From positions 6,894 to 70,893 of the IMG/VR virus record IMGVR_UViG_3300023096_000002: 64,000 nucleotides of DNA. One strand, given 5' to 3'. Position 1 is the first letter of the stretch. Every line of letters starts with the position of its first letter. Shown here in pieces: positions 10,304-20,165 of the stretch. The position numbers and the translations under genes were made by a program. The stretch comes from a virus. A model generated the notes under the pieces. The model searched no databases, was not told the origin of the DNA, and saw only the letters and a list, made by a program, of their open reading frames with translations.

Positions 10304-11809
10304 TTACCGGTCGCAGTTATCCAGGACCTTCGGTTGCATGTTGACACGGATGCGACCGATCCGCAGTGGCGGCTGGTAGCGGAAATCGACCCAGAGGAGG
10401 TTCGGATCGCCTTGGCAGGCGGGAGCCACCTCAAAGTCAGTGCGGACCTTGATGTCCTGATCGATGTCATCGAACTCGCTGAAGATGACGCCGATGTTGT
10501 CCTTCGCCCATGCGCGGAGGTCGGCCAAAATCATGCGCGGGTTGGTCCCCTTGACACCTTGGCGGACGTCGGTGTTCTTGGTGAACAACGCCAGACCATT
10601 GTAGGTTTCCAACTGCTCAGCGATGGAGAGCGCAGTCGCGGCAGCAAGGCGGCGGCTGTTCGCATCACGGAACGTGGTATTGGCACGGCCGAGTTCATCG
10701 TAGAGGTAGTTCGTGACGTCGTTGTAAATCTGCGGATTTGTCAACGCGCCCGTACCACTTCCGGACGGACCGTAGGTGGCGAAGCCAGCAGCCTGGAGCT
10801 GGAGCCGCTCATCGTAAGTCCATGGCGAGGTGCAGGACTGCGGAATGAGGATGCAGCTCAGCACGCCGTTGTCAGAACCCTGCACGGAGGTTTCCGGATT
10901 GGTGCAGGCGATGCAGCCAGAACGGGCGGCATAGTCTGCAATGGTCAGGAACGGGAGGTCATAGCTGTCAACAGCATAGGCCAGCCGCACTAACTCCGGA
11001 GAATTGTCACCGGTAGCAAGGACCTGTCCGAGCGTCCCCGCGTCAAACACGTAGCCCTGTCCAAAGCACTGAGGCTTTTCGCAGCTCCATGCGTCACGGA
11101 AGTAATCCCGCAGGCCGTCCTGACCGGTGTCGTCATCACCGAGATAGACGCCGACATTGTAGCAGCATTCGCCGGCGAGCGGGATCAAGTCCAGAGCAGG
11201 CGGTGCAAGCGTTCCGGCCGTCGTGCGGACCGTGCTGACAGTGACGCCAGCCGGAGCATAGTTCTGACGACCAGCCCAGTTGTAGAGCGGGTTCAGATAG
11301 TTGCCGATGGTGCCTTTCTGCTTCGCCGTGAACGTGACGCCGGTAGCGATAGCGGCGGCAGTGTACGGGAAGTCAGGCGAGACGTCAGCAACGATCTTGG
11401 CGGCGATGTCAGCGACCGTGTCACCGGCATTGACTTCAACGTCTACGTTGTACTTGGCATTTCCAAGGAACAGCGTGAAGCGACCATCGCTGGTAGCAGG
11501 TCCGGTGATCGTTGTCGTGTAGACGGCGATGACGCCAGCGGCGGGGTCGGCACGCGGGAGGGCGAACAGTGCGATGTTCTGACCGCATTCGCAGAACATG
11601 ACGCGGAGCGCTTCTGTCAGAATGGAACCCTGACCAAAAAGCGTATTCAGGTCGCGCTCATTGGTCACGGCAATGATGACATCCTCGTCGGCAGTGCCCG
11701 CAGTAAGCATCTGACCTTCGACGAGAACGCGGCATTTGCCGTCGTAGAAATTGAGCGAAGTGTCAATGCAGAGCTGCACGAAACCGTTCGCAAGGATATC
11801 CTGAGCCAT
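10304..11809 (-). CDS. Contractile tail sheath protein (Mu gpL-like)
   Basis: LFGQGSIL, TAKQKGTIGN and YDERLQLQAAGFAT motifs; 501 aa. Confidence 0.9.
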   Translation of the reverse strand: MAQDILANGFVQLCIDTSLNFYDGKCRVLVEGQMLTAGTADEDVIIAVTNERDLNTLFGQGSILTEALRVMFCECGQNIALFALPRADPAAGVIAVYTTTITGPATSDGRFTLFLGNAKYNVDVEVNAGDTVADIAAKIVADVSPDFPYTAAAIATGVTFTAKQKGTIGNYLNPLYNWAGRQNYAPAGVTVSTVRTTAGTLAPPALDLIPLAGECCYNVGVYLGDDDTGQDGLRDYFRDAWSCEKPQCFGQGYVFDAGTLGQVLATGDNSPELVRLAYAVDSYDLPFLTIADYAARSGCIACTNPETSVQGSDNGVLSCILIPQSCTSPWTYDERLQLQAAGFATYGPSGSGTGALTNPQIYNDVTNYLYDELGRANTTFRDANSRRLAAATALSIAEQLETYNGLALFTKNTDVRQGVKGTNPRMILADLRAWAKDNIGVIFSEFDDIDQDIKVRTDFEVAPACQGDPNLLWVDFRYQPPLRIGRIRVNMQPKVLDNCDR

Positions 11810-11839
11810 AAAAGGGGCTTCCTTCGAGTTGGTGTGGAA

Positions 11840-12028
11840 TTATTCAGTCAGGGACTTGGCGGCAGGTTTCTTCGCCGCAGGTTCCTGCTCAATATCCTGA
11901 TGGAAGTTGAGCAGACGTTCGATGTAAGCAGTGTGCTCGACATCAACATAGCGGTCCGTCGGGATCGGTTTGCCGCCGCGCGGAGCGGTAAAAGCAAGCC
12001 GACCGGGAACGGTCTTAACACGGATCAT
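11840..12028 (-). CDS. Small tail protein (DUF2635 / Mu gp38-like)
   Basis: MIRVKTVPGR..P..G..IP....V...AY..RLL...D pattern upstream of the sheath gene. Confidence 0.6.
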   Translation of the reverse strand: MIRVKTVPGRLAFTAPRGGKPIPTDRYVDVEHTAYIERLLNFHQDIEQEPAAKKPAAKSLTE

Positions 12029-12621
12029 GGGCATTTTGGAGGTTCCTCGCAGGTTGGCTCACAGCACACCGGAATTTTGATTTCGATCTTTTTCCGGAAC
12101 TTTACGTCTTCGCTACCGATGAGATAGCCGTCAGCTGGCTCTCCGGTATATTGCTCAGTCAAGGCGGGGATTTCACACCAGCATACTTCATGCGTGATGC
12201 GGAATACGACCATAACAGCAAGCTCGCTGCTATCGATCTCCATGCTCTTAATTGCGCATTTGAACCCGCTAGGACTTTTCCAATACTTGATCAACGTGAT
12301 CATCTTATCGCGTAGTGGATTGAAATCATAGTAGGCCCAAAAAGGTGATTGGGTATTATCAGCCCGATTGTATTTCCGCGTCTTGAACCAGAACTCAACG
12401 ACAAAGTCTTCGGTGAAGTCAATGTCTTTGTTCGAGTTTGCGGACATGTTGAACGGGTTAACGTTCAAAGCCAGCATGCAGAGCGGCATTGTCGGGATGT
12501 TTTCTTTGGTGACTTCTGCCTCGCTCACTGGGAATACGCGACCCTCAATCTCCGGGAAGAACCTTGCGATTTCCTTAGCGAGAGCTGGCAGCGTAGCCAG
12601 AGGGGAGATTTCAGTTTCCAA
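12025..12621 (-). CDS. Tail terminator protein
   Basis: Position before the sheath; beta-rich core and Cys-rich tail VCCEPTCEEPPKCP. Confidence 0.6.
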   Translation of the reverse strand: METEISPLATLPALAKEIARFFPEIEGRVFPVSEAEVTKENIPTMPLCMLALNVNPFNMSANSNKDIDFTEDFVVEFWFKTRKYNRADNTQSPFWAYYDFNPLRDKMITLIKYWKSPSGFKCAIKSMEIDSSELAVMVVFRITHEVCWCEIPALTEQYTGEPADGYLIGSEDVKFRKKIEIKIPVCCEPTCEEPPKCP

Positions 12622-13030
12622 GTTTCCACACCACCCAATGTTTCATCATCCGCCTGGACTGATCGATGCCTTGGCGCATGGCGGTATCACTCATTTTGCG
12701 ACGGCGCATTTTCTTTGTGCCTTCACGCAGGAACTTTGAGTAGAACATGTTTGTTCCAATCTCGGCTCTTGCGGCAGATGAAGTCTTACCAGCGCTCCGG
12801 TAGAGTGCTCCGGTATCCATTGCGGGATACTCAGCGGCGTTACGATTGACGGAAGCGCGAACTCTACGACCGCTTTTGCCGTGATAATACTCGCCAGTCT
12901 TTGGCGGGTTTTTCAGGCCTTCCCGGAGGATACGGTAGGAGTTGTTGGCGACGTCACGCATGAAGCTAGTTGTGGCGGACTTCACGCGAAAGGCTTTGAA
13001 TGGACCCCAAGGCGTGAAGACCCAGCTCAT
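12611..13030 (-). CDS. HK97 gp10-like neck/tail-completion protein
   Basis: EYPAMDTGALYRS and EIGTNMFYSKFLREGTKKM motifs. Confidence 0.75.
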   Translation of the reverse strand: MSWVFTPWGPFKAFRVKSATTSFMRDVANNSYRILREGLKNPPKTGEYYHGKSGRRVRASVNRNAAEYPAMDTGALYRSAGKTSSAARAEIGTNMFYSKFLREGTKKMRRRKMSDTAMRQGIDQSRRMMKHWVVWKLGN

Positions 13031-13473
13031 AACGTAACTCCATGAGGCAGCGGTGCAGAGATATCCATCTTGCGACCCTCCGGAGTGATGATGTTATCAC
13101 CCTTTTCCAGCAGATGGCATTCGAACTTGAAGTACTCGCTGTTTTCATTTTCGTCAACAGCGGTAAGGATTTTGAACCAGCGCGGCGGGGACTTGAGCTG
13201 TTTTTCATAAAGCCAAGCAAAGCTAGTTATGTCCATGTCCGCACGGTAGCGCATCACGATGATATGACTGCGCAAATTGGCGGGGTCCATGACCGCGTTA
13301 CCCTCCGAGCTCCAGGTACTGGAACGCCGAGGTGTGATCATGGCCCATCCCTCATAAACGCCAGTCCGACTGAGGCTCATCTCGCCAGCGTTTACGATTA
13401 CGTCATCCTGTGAACACACAACCAAACGGTGTTTAAATTTCTTCAGGACGCGGGTGTCAAGTGTCAGTCCCAT
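13027..13473 (-). CDS. Head-closure (SPP1 gp16-like) neck protein
   Basis: WAMITP and SHIIVMRYRADMDIT motifs; synteny. Confidence 0.7.
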   Translation of the reverse strand: MGLTLDTRVLKKFKHRLVVCSQDDVIVNAGEMSLSRTGVYEGWAMITPRRSSTWSSEGNAVMDPANLRSHIIVMRYRADMDITSFAWLYEKQLKSPPRWFKILTAVDENENSEYFKFECHLLEKGDNIITPEGRKMDISAPLPHGVTL

Positions 13474-13643
13474 AGTGCCTCCGGAACTTCAAGAAAGTTC
13501 ATAATTCAGTTTTGCGGCTAAATCCCAACTCTTTGGCAAATTCTATGACCATACCCTATCAAATCTTACAGCAATATAGATTAGGGTTTGTTTTTGAATT
13601 TGGACGCCGGAAACATTAGACAATCTGGCAAATGAACTGTTAT

Positions 13644-14300
13644 TTATGCCGCCGGACGGTAGCGACGCCAGCTCTCAATTGCTCCGGAAGCCCATGCTCC
13701 ATCGTTAGTACCGATGAGGCCAGTTTCCGTGGTGCCAAGTCTGTTGCGTACCGTGAGCAGCTCATCGCCGGGGTTGGAGACCGACCATGCAATGAACTTC
13801 AGCACGCCAGTGATGACGCCAGCGGGAATGTCCTTAACGTCCGCAATGCCGGTCCGGTAGAGCAGCTTCATGCCGAAGTTGACAGCGCCGCGCCCGCTCC
13901 CGCAGCAAGGGCTGATGTCCAACGCTTCGTGCATGGTGGGCATGGAGATGCGTCGCGTACCCGGAGGGATAGTGATCGTGGTATTGGCGGAAAGTTTGCC
14001 GGTGCCATAAAGGCTGACAACTCCGTCGATACTCGGATAGGCCAAAACAGTGCGAGAGCGCTGGCGGAAATTGTTTGGATGAGCCTGACTTTCCGCATAC
14101 TCCTGTACGGTCGCTAATCCGAAGAAGAAGCGACCGCAGTAGAGTTCAGCAGTTTCAAATCCGGCCAGCCGATAAAGGCTGAGTTGCTCATCCGTGACAT
14201 GCGGAGTGTCATCCGTTTTGGTATGTTGACGGATCAATTGAAGCGGAAGAACTTCTTCCAGATCAAGGTCCTTATACTGGACGATGGAAACCGAAGTCAT
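13644..14300 (-). CDS. Head-tail adaptor (HK97 gp6-like)
   Basis: LIRQHTK.D, AELYCGR and IP...ITGVLKFIAW motifs. Confidence 0.75.
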   Translation of the reverse strand: MTSVSIVQYKDLDLEEVLPLQLIRQHTKTDDTPHVTDEQLSLYRLAGFETAELYCGRFFFGLATVQEYAESQAHPNNFRQRSRTVLAYPSIDGVVSLYGTGKLSANTTITIPPGTRRISMPTMHEALDISPCCGSGRGAVNFGMKLLYRTGIADVKDIPAGVITGVLKFIAWSVSNPGDELLTVRNRLGTTETGLIGTNDGAWASGAIESWRRYRPAA

Positions 14301-14314
14301 GGATGAGCCTCACT

Positions 14315-15037
14315 TTAGCACTTGCCGACGATGAAATCGTAGCAGGACTGATGGAAGTATTCATTGCAGTCGCAGTCCAATGTGGGCTGGCGCAACGTTA
14401 GGCGGTAGATGTCACCGACGCGCAAGGCCGGGGAGGCTTCGATCATCAGGCTGAGCTGATAATTGTGAGCATCGATCCGATTTTTGTTACGGTCGATTTT
14501 GATCGGTGGCGTGTACGCCTGCGCAGGGAAGTCAGGGCTGGAGCCGCCAAGATTGACCTGCAGGATGACTTCGCGGATGATCTGATTGGTTCCGTCGGAT
14601 GTGACGAAGAAGAAGTTGTCATATCCGGTGAAGCCATTTTGCGGAATGTATGTGAACAATCCGGTTGGACCAAAAGTGATGTCGCCGTGGTCAGGACCGC
14701 TCAGCGGGAGCAGCGAATAAGTGAGCGGAACGCTGTCTGGCTGACTGGCATTCGCTGCGACATTCGCGGCCGAGATGGTCGTGTTGATATCAGTGGGGAA
14801 GCTGTAGTTCGTGTTCACCGGACCTTCCGGCGGCTCGCTACCAGTCTTCTTGTCAATTGACCACTGAGTAGTATTGGTCAGACCGCGACCGCCAATCGGA
14901 GCAGCCCAAGCCGCATAATTGACGACCATTTTATTGGTCTCATTTGGAGTGACTGTGGCTTCCGCGCAGCAGCAAATCCCGCAGGAGCCTCCGGCGCGAT
15001 AAGTGTCACGAGGGTCGGCAGTGAAATATAACATCAT
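14315..15037 (-). CDS. Cys-rich neck/collar protein with an Ig (Big/cadherin)-like domain
   Basis: Probable start MMLYFTADP; CGICCC and CDC clusters; GPDHGDITFGPTGLFTYIPQNGFTGYDNFFF Ig-like repeat. Confidence 0.6.
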   Translation of the reverse strand: MMLYFTADPRDTYRAGGSCGICCCAEATVTPNETNKMVVNYAAWAAPIGGRGLTNTTQWSIDKKTGSEPPEGPVNTNYSFPTDINTTISAANVAANASQPDSVPLTYSLLPLSGPDHGDITFGPTGLFTYIPQNGFTGYDNFFFVTSDGTNQIIREVILQVNLGGSSPDFPAQAYTPPIKIDRNKNRIDAHNYQLSLMIEASPALRVGDIYRLTLRQPTLDCDCNEYFHQSCYDFIVGKC

Positions 15038-15062
15038 GACACCTATCAGGTCGGGAGGGGAT

Positions 15063-15097
15063 TTACTGGCGGATGGTAACGAGTCATCCGCCAGTAA
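15063..15097. terminator. 13-bp hairpin
   Basis: TTACTGGCGGATG...CATCCGCCAGTAA, followed by a T-tract on the + side. Confidence 0.5.
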
Positions 15098-15110
15098 TGT
15101 TTTTAAAGCC

Positions 15111-15209
15111 TTATTCGGCGGGAGCTGGAGCCGGGCAAACAAAGCACGGCATGGAAACCAGCGCCTTTGCGGCATTCGGACCGCAAGCTGGTCGGCAAGT
15201 CATAGCCAT
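15111..15209 (-). CDS. 32-aa Cys-rich peptide, not in ORF track; putative virion linker
   Basis: MAMTCRPACGPNAAKALVSMPCFVCPAPAPAE*. The ATG overlaps the upstream TAA (TAATG), with AGAGGA upstream. Confidence 0.65.
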   Translation of the reverse strand: MAMTCRPACGPNAAKALVSMPCFVCPAPAPAE

Positions 15210-15859
15210 TACGACAATGTCCTCTTCGTGGGTTTCTGCTTCCCTTTGGGCTCATCGCCCGCATCGGTCTGGTTTTCCGGGGAAGTTTCGGAGGGAACCA
15301 GTGAGGCGTCAGCAGCTTGAACAGCCGCTGGCGTTTCCGTGCCGATTTCGCTTTCAGTCTTGACAGGCTCCGCGCCAAGGCTATGGAGAACAGTTTCAGG
15401 CTGTTGCTGAGCTGCCTTAGCCGCCGCCTCTGCAATTTCTTCTGGCGTAGGCTCTAGCAATAGGCTCTGGGGATCGATTGCAGCCCCGCCAGCGGCATCC
15501 TCGGGCGTGGGCGGGGTAAGGCTAGCCGCGCCCCCTTGCGCCTGCCCTGCGGGGTCCAGCGCCGGTGCATCTGCGGTTGCCTCCAGGAAGTCGATGCGCT
15601 CATTCCATTCGTCAGCATGTTCCTGCCGGATCGTGGTGCCGTAGCCGAGATTGAACATGAGCACCGCATGTGGCTGATCGATCACTGCGATTGTGTCGCG
15701 CGTAGGCCAGCGGATGCGGATCGCTTCGCCCCATGAGGTTGGGCGGAAGTCGAACCATTTGAATTCACCGTCGGTGCCAGAAGAGCGCTTCGGCAAGACG
15801 GCGAATAATCCCGAACTTGTCTCGAAAATTCCGTCCGACCGTTTGTTCAATTTTTCCAT
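15209..15859 (-). CDS. Head-module protein with acidic disordered C-terminus
   Basis: ORF track; in operon; function unknown. Confidence 0.6.
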   Translation of the reverse strand: MEKLNKRSDGIFETSSGLFAVLPKRSSGTDGEFKWFDFRPTSWGEAIRIRWPTRDTIAVIDQPHAVLMFNLGYGTTIRQEHADEWNERIDFLEATADAPALDPAGQAQGGAASLTPPTPEDAAGGAAIDPQSLLLEPTPEEIAEAAAKAAQQQPETVLHSLGAEPVKTESEIGTETPAAVQAADASLVPSETSPENQTDAGDEPKGKQKPTKRTLS

Positions 15860-16190
15860 AACGTCTGATCCTTGCCTTTGCGAGCCGATCTTTGGCGGTA
15901 TCAGTCTCTTGGATAACGCGAAAGTCTTGCGACCTATCGGCCAAAATGTTGAATTGATAATGAGTGCGGGTCTCGTGAAGCCTGATAGACATCGGCGTCA
16001 GGAATAACGGTTTACCCTCATTCAAAACGGAGATCAGTTCAGTGGGGACAAACGGTGAAAAGTCGTCTTCTCCAGAGCGCTCCCAAATGCTGATCCGTGC
16101 GTCTTCCGTATTGCCGCTGGGAAGACGAACAGAAATGCGGACCTTATCACCAGCCCGCACTCCAGTTTTTTCAGCGATTACCCGCCTCAT
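15765..16190 (-). CDS. Hypothetical head-module protein
   Basis: Probable start MRRVIAEK just after the previous stop. Confidence 0.5.
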   Translation of the reverse strand: MRRVIAEKTGVRAGDKVRISVRLPSGNTEDARISIWERSGEDDFSPFVPTELISVLNEGKPLFLTPMSIRLHETRTHYQFNILADRSQDFRVIQETDTAKDRLAKARIRRYGKIEQTVGRNFRDKFGIIRRLAEALFWHRR

Positions 16191-16194
16191 GGAC

Positions 16195-16596
16195 TTAGTG
16201 GGCGTGAGGCCCGTTAAGCACCATGACTGCACGAACGTTCGCGCCGCCCGAGATATGGCTCAGGCTGACGAACTCGTCCGGCACGCACGGGATGGTTCCG
16301 CTGCAGACCGTGCCCGCCGGAGTGCCATTCGGGATGATGAACTGGAAGTCCGCACCGGGAGTGATGGGAGCTTGGCAGATCAGGATTTCATCCACGATGA
16401 CGCCAGTGCCAGGAACGCAAGGATCGCCGGAAGAAGGCGGATGGCCCAAAACCTTGAAGATCGCGTCTGCAGTGAGGGTCGTGATAACTTCGAAAACGAA
16501 ACCGAAGTTGTTGTGGTCCGTGACCTTACGCGTGAACGACGTGGTGCCGTTCCATGCGATCAGGGCAGTATTCTGAATTCCGGGATTGTTGTTCAT
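16195..16596 (-). CDS. Minor capsid/decoration protein
   Basis: Beta-rich, 133 aa, 4 Cys, directly after the major capsid gene. Confidence 0.6.
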   Translation of the reverse strand: MNNNPGIQNTALIAWNGTTSFTRKVTDHNNFGFVFEVITTLTADAIFKVLGHPPSSGDPCVPGTGVIVDEILICQAPITPGADFQFIIPNGTPAGTVCSGTIPCVPDEFVSLSHISGGANVRAVMVLNGPHAH

Positions 16597-16664
16597 TGAA
16601 CAATGTCCTTGTGAGAATGATGACGGCTAATGGGGCATTCGCGCCCCATCAATTCAACCGGAGA

Positions 16665-18038
16665 TTAACCGGCCTGGAGGATACGTGCCGCTTCGCAGCA
16701 AGCGACGAACCCGCCATCTTCAGCGCCGAACTGGTACTTGACGCACCATGCGGAGCTGCCGCCAATGTACTGTTCCATGAACATCGGCTTCTTGTTGACA
16801 GTCATGTAGGCCATCGGCCAATTGCCAGCGGCGGCGATGAAGCTGCCGGCGACGAATGGGTCTTCCACGGAGCCGAGCGTATTGTCTTCCGTCGGATCTG
16901 GAAGGCAATTGGAAATGCGCAGGCGGTTCGCGGCCGAAGTCGGGCTGAACGTGAGGTCGCCATCACCAAAGATGAAGCGGCCGTTCGCGTCGACGGCGGA
17001 GGCCAGATAACCGAACGTGTTCTGGTGCATGATCGGAACCACATCACCATATTCGATCGGGGCAGTGGAGAGGAAGCGACGGAAGTCAACGTGGTTGAAA
17101 GAACCGCCAGCTGTCTTCAGCTTGGGGAAGCAATCCGACTTCAGCCAGCCCTTCGGCTCTTCGATACCGTTGCCGGTGATGTTGACACGGTTGCGGTTGA
17201 TCCGGTGGGACCGCGCAGCCGCACGCATCATGAAGCCCAAAAGGTCGTAGTTGGCTTCATCGAGAACCTTCCGCTGGAAGCAGAAGACGCCGCGGAAGTC
17301 GAAGGTCTTTCCGTTGTTGTAAACGATGTTCCCTTCCGGACCGAGTTCAGCATCGCACTTGGCGTCGCAATCATAGCTGCCGATGGCGCCATAATCCTTG
17401 ACCTGCGGATACATGAACTTGCTCTTCGATACGGTGACCTGACCGTAGAGGTCGAGCAGGCTGGCGCATTCGATCGTGCAGTCCACTTCGATGCCGAGCA
17501 TTTCCGGGCTGAAGAAAGCAACGTCCAGGCTGGCAGCGTCGAAGGCCTTCTTCTCGCCGTCCGTGAAGGACTTGACGATACGAGCGCGGGTTTCCTTGCC
17601 GCCTTCAGCGACGAGCTTCCGGCAAGCCGAACGGTAATCGTCCATCTTGACCAGATTGTCGTTGTCGACGCGGAAGTCCGTTTCTTCGCCGCCCTTGAAG
17701 ACGTGAATGCGCTTCTGGAGTTCGATGGCCGCTTTACGGTCATGTTCCTTCAGGGAGGCTTCGTTCTGGAATGCCGGAGCGTCCAGTTCCTTCTTCAGCA
17801 TTTCCATCGAAGCAGTCAGTTCCTGGACAGCCGCAACAGTTTCGGCATATTCAGCAGCGTGCTTCTTGACAGCTTCGGAAAGTTCCTTGCTGGTGTTTTC
17901 AACGCCGTTGAACTGATTGGTCAGTGTCTTGTACTGATCATCAGCAGCGTCGCGAGCCTTCTTGGCGGCGGCAGCGATGTCATTCATTTCGCCGAGCATC
18001 TTTTCGATGCCAAGCTCTTCTGCGGTTTTCGTGTTCAT
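16665..18038 (-). CDS. Major capsid protein, HK97 fold with N-terminal delta domain
   Basis: Coiled-coil N-terminus; TGNGIEEPKGWL, MH..T..YL...VDANGRFIF and GNW..AY motifs; many Cys. Confidence 0.93.
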   Translation of the reverse strand: MNTKTAEELGIEKMLGEMNDIAAAAKKARDAADDQYKTLTNQFNGVENTSKELSEAVKKHAAEYAETVAAVQELTASMEMLKKELDAPAFQNEASLKEHDRKAAIELQKRIHVFKGGEETDFRVDNDNLVKMDDYRSACRKLVAEGGKETRARIVKSFTDGEKKAFDAASLDVAFFSPEMLGIEVDCTIECASLLDLYGQVTVSKSKFMYPQVKDYGAIGSYDCDAKCDAELGPEGNIVYNNGKTFDFRGVFCFQRKVLDEANYDLLGFMMRAAARSHRINRNRVNITGNGIEEPKGWLKSDCFPKLKTAGGSFNHVDFRRFLSTAPIEYGDVVPIMHQNTFGYLASAVDANGRFIFGDGDLTFSPTSAANRLRISNCLPDPTEDNTLGSVEDPFVAGSFIAAAGNWPMAYMTVNKKPMFMEQYIGGSSAWCVKYQFGAEDGGFVACCEAARILQAG

Positions 18039-18063
18039 GTCAAAACCCTTGGTTGACGAATTA

Positions 18064-18882
18064 TCAGGTGAAGGCTTTTTTCAAAGCCTCGATGTGGGAC
18101 TGCATTGCAGACATACTCTCCTTTGCCACCAAGGGCGTGGGCGTCGTCTTCTCCTCAACTTCCGGAGTTAAAGGAGACTTGCCGAACAGGTGAACGGCTG
18201 ATTTGACCTCCAGGGTGATCAGCCGTGCAGCGTTTCGGTTTTCAACCAGACCAGTAGCGATCAGGCGCTTTTCAAATTCAGCCAACGTAGCTGGCGGAAC
18301 TTCGAGATTGATATCGTCAATGGTCTCAGCATCCTTGCGGTTGAGCTCATTGACGGCGGACTTGACGAACTCCATGGTGCATTCCGTGTTCCCAGGGAAC
18401 GGCACGATGGAGACTTCAAATAGATCGCCACGCTGGATTTCAAGGTAAGTAAGATCCTTGTCATCCTTCTTGTAGCTGTAATCCTGGATCATGAACCCAA
18501 CAGAGAAGTTCATGCCGCCGCTGGACTTCGTCGCCTCGTAGCAATCCTTTGCATACGTGATGTTGAGGTTCAGCTGAGCTTCAATCCAAAGCCCGCCTTT
18601 GCGGTATTCCAGCTTCTCGATCGCGCCGCCAACCTTGTTCCAGTTGTGACCGATGAGCAGCTTGATACCCTTTGGACCTTGCAGACCGCGATCCTTGATA
18701 GCATCTGCGAATGCGCCGTTGAGGACGATATCGCGATATGTGTCAAGACCGGGAGTGCTGGCCCATCCGGCAACGAAGCCTTCCGGTTTGCCGTCGCCGA
18801 TAGCCTTCAACTCGAGCTCAGTAGCAGGAGTGAAGAACATATCCAGCGTGAACTTCTTAGCCTTTAGCTGGCTGACCGTCAT
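18064..18882 (-). CDS. HK97-type prohead protease
   Basis: GWAST, DIVLNGAF, LLIGH, FSVGF and LFEVSIVPFPGN motifs. Confidence 0.93.
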   Translation of the reverse strand: MTVSQLKAKKFTLDMFFTPATELELKAIGDGKPEGFVAGWASTPGLDTYRDIVLNGAFADAIKDRGLQGPKGIKLLIGHNWNKVGGAIEKLEYRKGGLWIEAQLNLNITYAKDCYEATKSSGGMNFSVGFMIQDYSYKKDDKDLTYLEIQRGDLFEVSIVPFPGNTECTMEFVKSAVNELNRKDAETIDDINLEVPPATLAEFEKRLIATGLVENRNAARLITLEVKSAVHLFGKSPLTPEVEEKTTPTPLVAKESMSAMQSHIEALKKAFT

Positions 18883-20165
18883 GTCGTTTCGTCCTTCTTC
18901 TCCGGCGCTGGTGTCGTGTTGCTCGTTTCCGGCTCCGGAGGACCGCCCTCTTTCGGGAAGCCGATCTGCTCACGCTTTTCAGGTCCGGTAAGGAACGTGA
19001 CAGGCGTGAGCTTCAAGGCACGATCCGCACGAGTTTGTGCGAGCGCTTCGATACTGTCATAGTCAAACCGAATGCGGCATCCGGGCGGGCATATGGCAGT
19101 GGTGAGGCCTGCCGCGATTGGATCGAGGTAGGCTGGGATGATGGTGTCCTCGTACAGGGATTGTCGCGAGGCGTTGTAGTTCCCGGCGAACTTGGCAGCG
19201 TCCGATGAACCGATACCGCCGAGAGCGATAGGAATACCAAAAGCTGAGTAGATCATGCGGGTCATATCGTCAAGCGGGACCTTTGAGTGGATGTCACTCA
19301 TGCCGTTATCCAGCGTGTCAACCTTGACCGAAGTATTGGTGAGCAGGAGGACGTTACCGGATTTCTCCGCGCCGACCTCACGATCATCAAACTCCCCCTT
19401 GAGTTCTTCCTCTTGGGGGCCAGTCAACGTCTTTTCCGCAGAGACGATGTATTTCAAGTTCGCGTGACCAGATGCAGTGTCATGCGCCCGTTGGAGCAGC
19501 ATGGTAATGATCTGTGATGGCAAGCCCAAAGCCTGGAGTGGGCTACTGTTCTTGCCTTCAATGTTCACGATCATGCTCAGGGGATTTAGCCCCGGCGTGA
19601 CGTATTCGTAGGCGAAGGCGGCGGAGAACTCGTTCTTACGTCCTGGGTCGACCTGACGCCGCGTTTGTAAGCGTTCGAAGTTTTCTCCGGTCCCGTACTC
19701 GTATCGATCGATTGCACCACTTTGTCCGACAACGGTTTTGAGATATCGCGCGGCAAGCGGGTAGAGTGCTCCGACGTCATTTCGTATGTCCCTTCCGACT
19801 TTGACAGCCCAACGTCCATAGCACGCTTTATTGATCGCGAGCCAGTACTTGAACTGGGCGGCATCCATGGTGTCGCATGGATTATCCAATACCTTCTGGA
19901 TGGCTTTGAGAGTGGAGGCGGATGGTGCCGGTACTCCCTTCTCACCCGTCGCCTCGACATACCAGCGCACGCCTTGACAGCTGAGACCGATCTTGTTGAT
20001 GCAACGGCTGACAATAGGATGCTTCATCGCTTCGTCAGCAATGATGAACTCCTGATAGCTGAGCACCGGACGAGTGCCAGTCATAATGAACCCGCCCATA
20101 AGGCGCTTGGTTGGATCACTGACCAGACGATTGACGGCGGCTGCTGCTTTACGGAACCAAGCCAT
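18879..20165 (-). CDS. Portal protein (HK97-like)
   Basis: HPIVSRCINKI, SPLQAL, IYSAFGIP and YEDTIIP motifs; between TerL and the protease. Confidence 0.9.
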   Translation of the reverse strand: MAWFRKAAAAVNRLVSDPTKRLMGGFIMTGTRPVLSYQEFIIADEAMKHPIVSRCINKIGLSCQGVRWYVEATGEKGVPAPSASTLKAIQKVLDNPCDTMDAAQFKYWLAINKACYGRWAVKVGRDIRNDVGALYPLAARYLKTVVGQSGAIDRYEYGTGENFERLQTRRQVDPGRKNEFSAAFAYEYVTPGLNPLSMIVNIEGKNSSPLQALGLPSQIITMLLQRAHDTASGHANLKYIVSAEKTLTGPQEEELKGEFDDREVGAEKSGNVLLLTNTSVKVDTLDNGMSDIHSKVPLDDMTRMIYSAFGIPIALGGIGSSDAAKFAGNYNASRQSLYEDTIIPAYLDPIAAGLTTAICPPGCRIRFDYDSIEALAQTRADRALKLTPVTFLTGPEKREQIGFPKEGGPPEPETSNTTPAPEKKDETT

